The notes beneath the pieces are model-generated. The model was not told where the DNA came from. It ran no database searches and saw nothing but the letters and a program-made list of their open reading frames with translations. A stretch of 63,938 nt of DNA, the filler included, from Octopus bimaculoides (lineage: Eukaryota), in the NCBI RefSeq assembly GCF_001194135.2. It is 4 parts of 4 records of this genome, joined end to end, with 100 filler letters (N's around TTAATTAATTAA, not from the genome) between each part and the next. Parts side by side here need not be neighbours in the genome. Positions count along the whole stretch, not along the records: positions 49,337 to 63,938 come from NC_068987.1; 3 more parts are not named here. The stretch is one strand, 5' to 3'. The position numbers and the translations under genes are program-made. Below are positions 63,931 to 63,938 of this stretch, piece after piece (positions within the stretch are counted from its first letter, which is position 1; each line of letters opens with the position of its first letter).

Positions 63931-63938
63931 TGTATATA

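Overview
Repeat-saturated, AT-rich eukaryotic DNA; no host protein-coding gene, tRNA, rRNA or CRISPR array can be supported. The microsatellite density and tRNA-headed SINE families suggest an octopus-like cephalopod draft assembly (inference). Three artificial N44-TTAATTAATTAA-N44 linkers show the window is four joined pieces (1-27235, 27336-38597, 38698-49236, 49337-63938). All recognisable coding sequence is decayed transposon: Penelope GIY-YIG, two L1/Tx1 C-termini, RTE RT, Ty3/Gypsy RNase H-integrase, a CR1 3' end, a CRE-clade RLE endonuclease and two mariners. Most interesting: (i) several unrelated Penelope/retrozyme-type minimal hammerhead-like motifs, one with an intact core (18846-18885) and one as a twin-ribozyme 155-bp palindrome (15097-15251); (ii) a 5.1-kb CpG-saturated tetranucleotide-derived satellite with higher-order blocks and strand switches (38698-43819); (iii) an unclassified three-copy fold-back repeat (28852-29548). 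All alignments and folds were done by eye, and most element boundaries are approximate.
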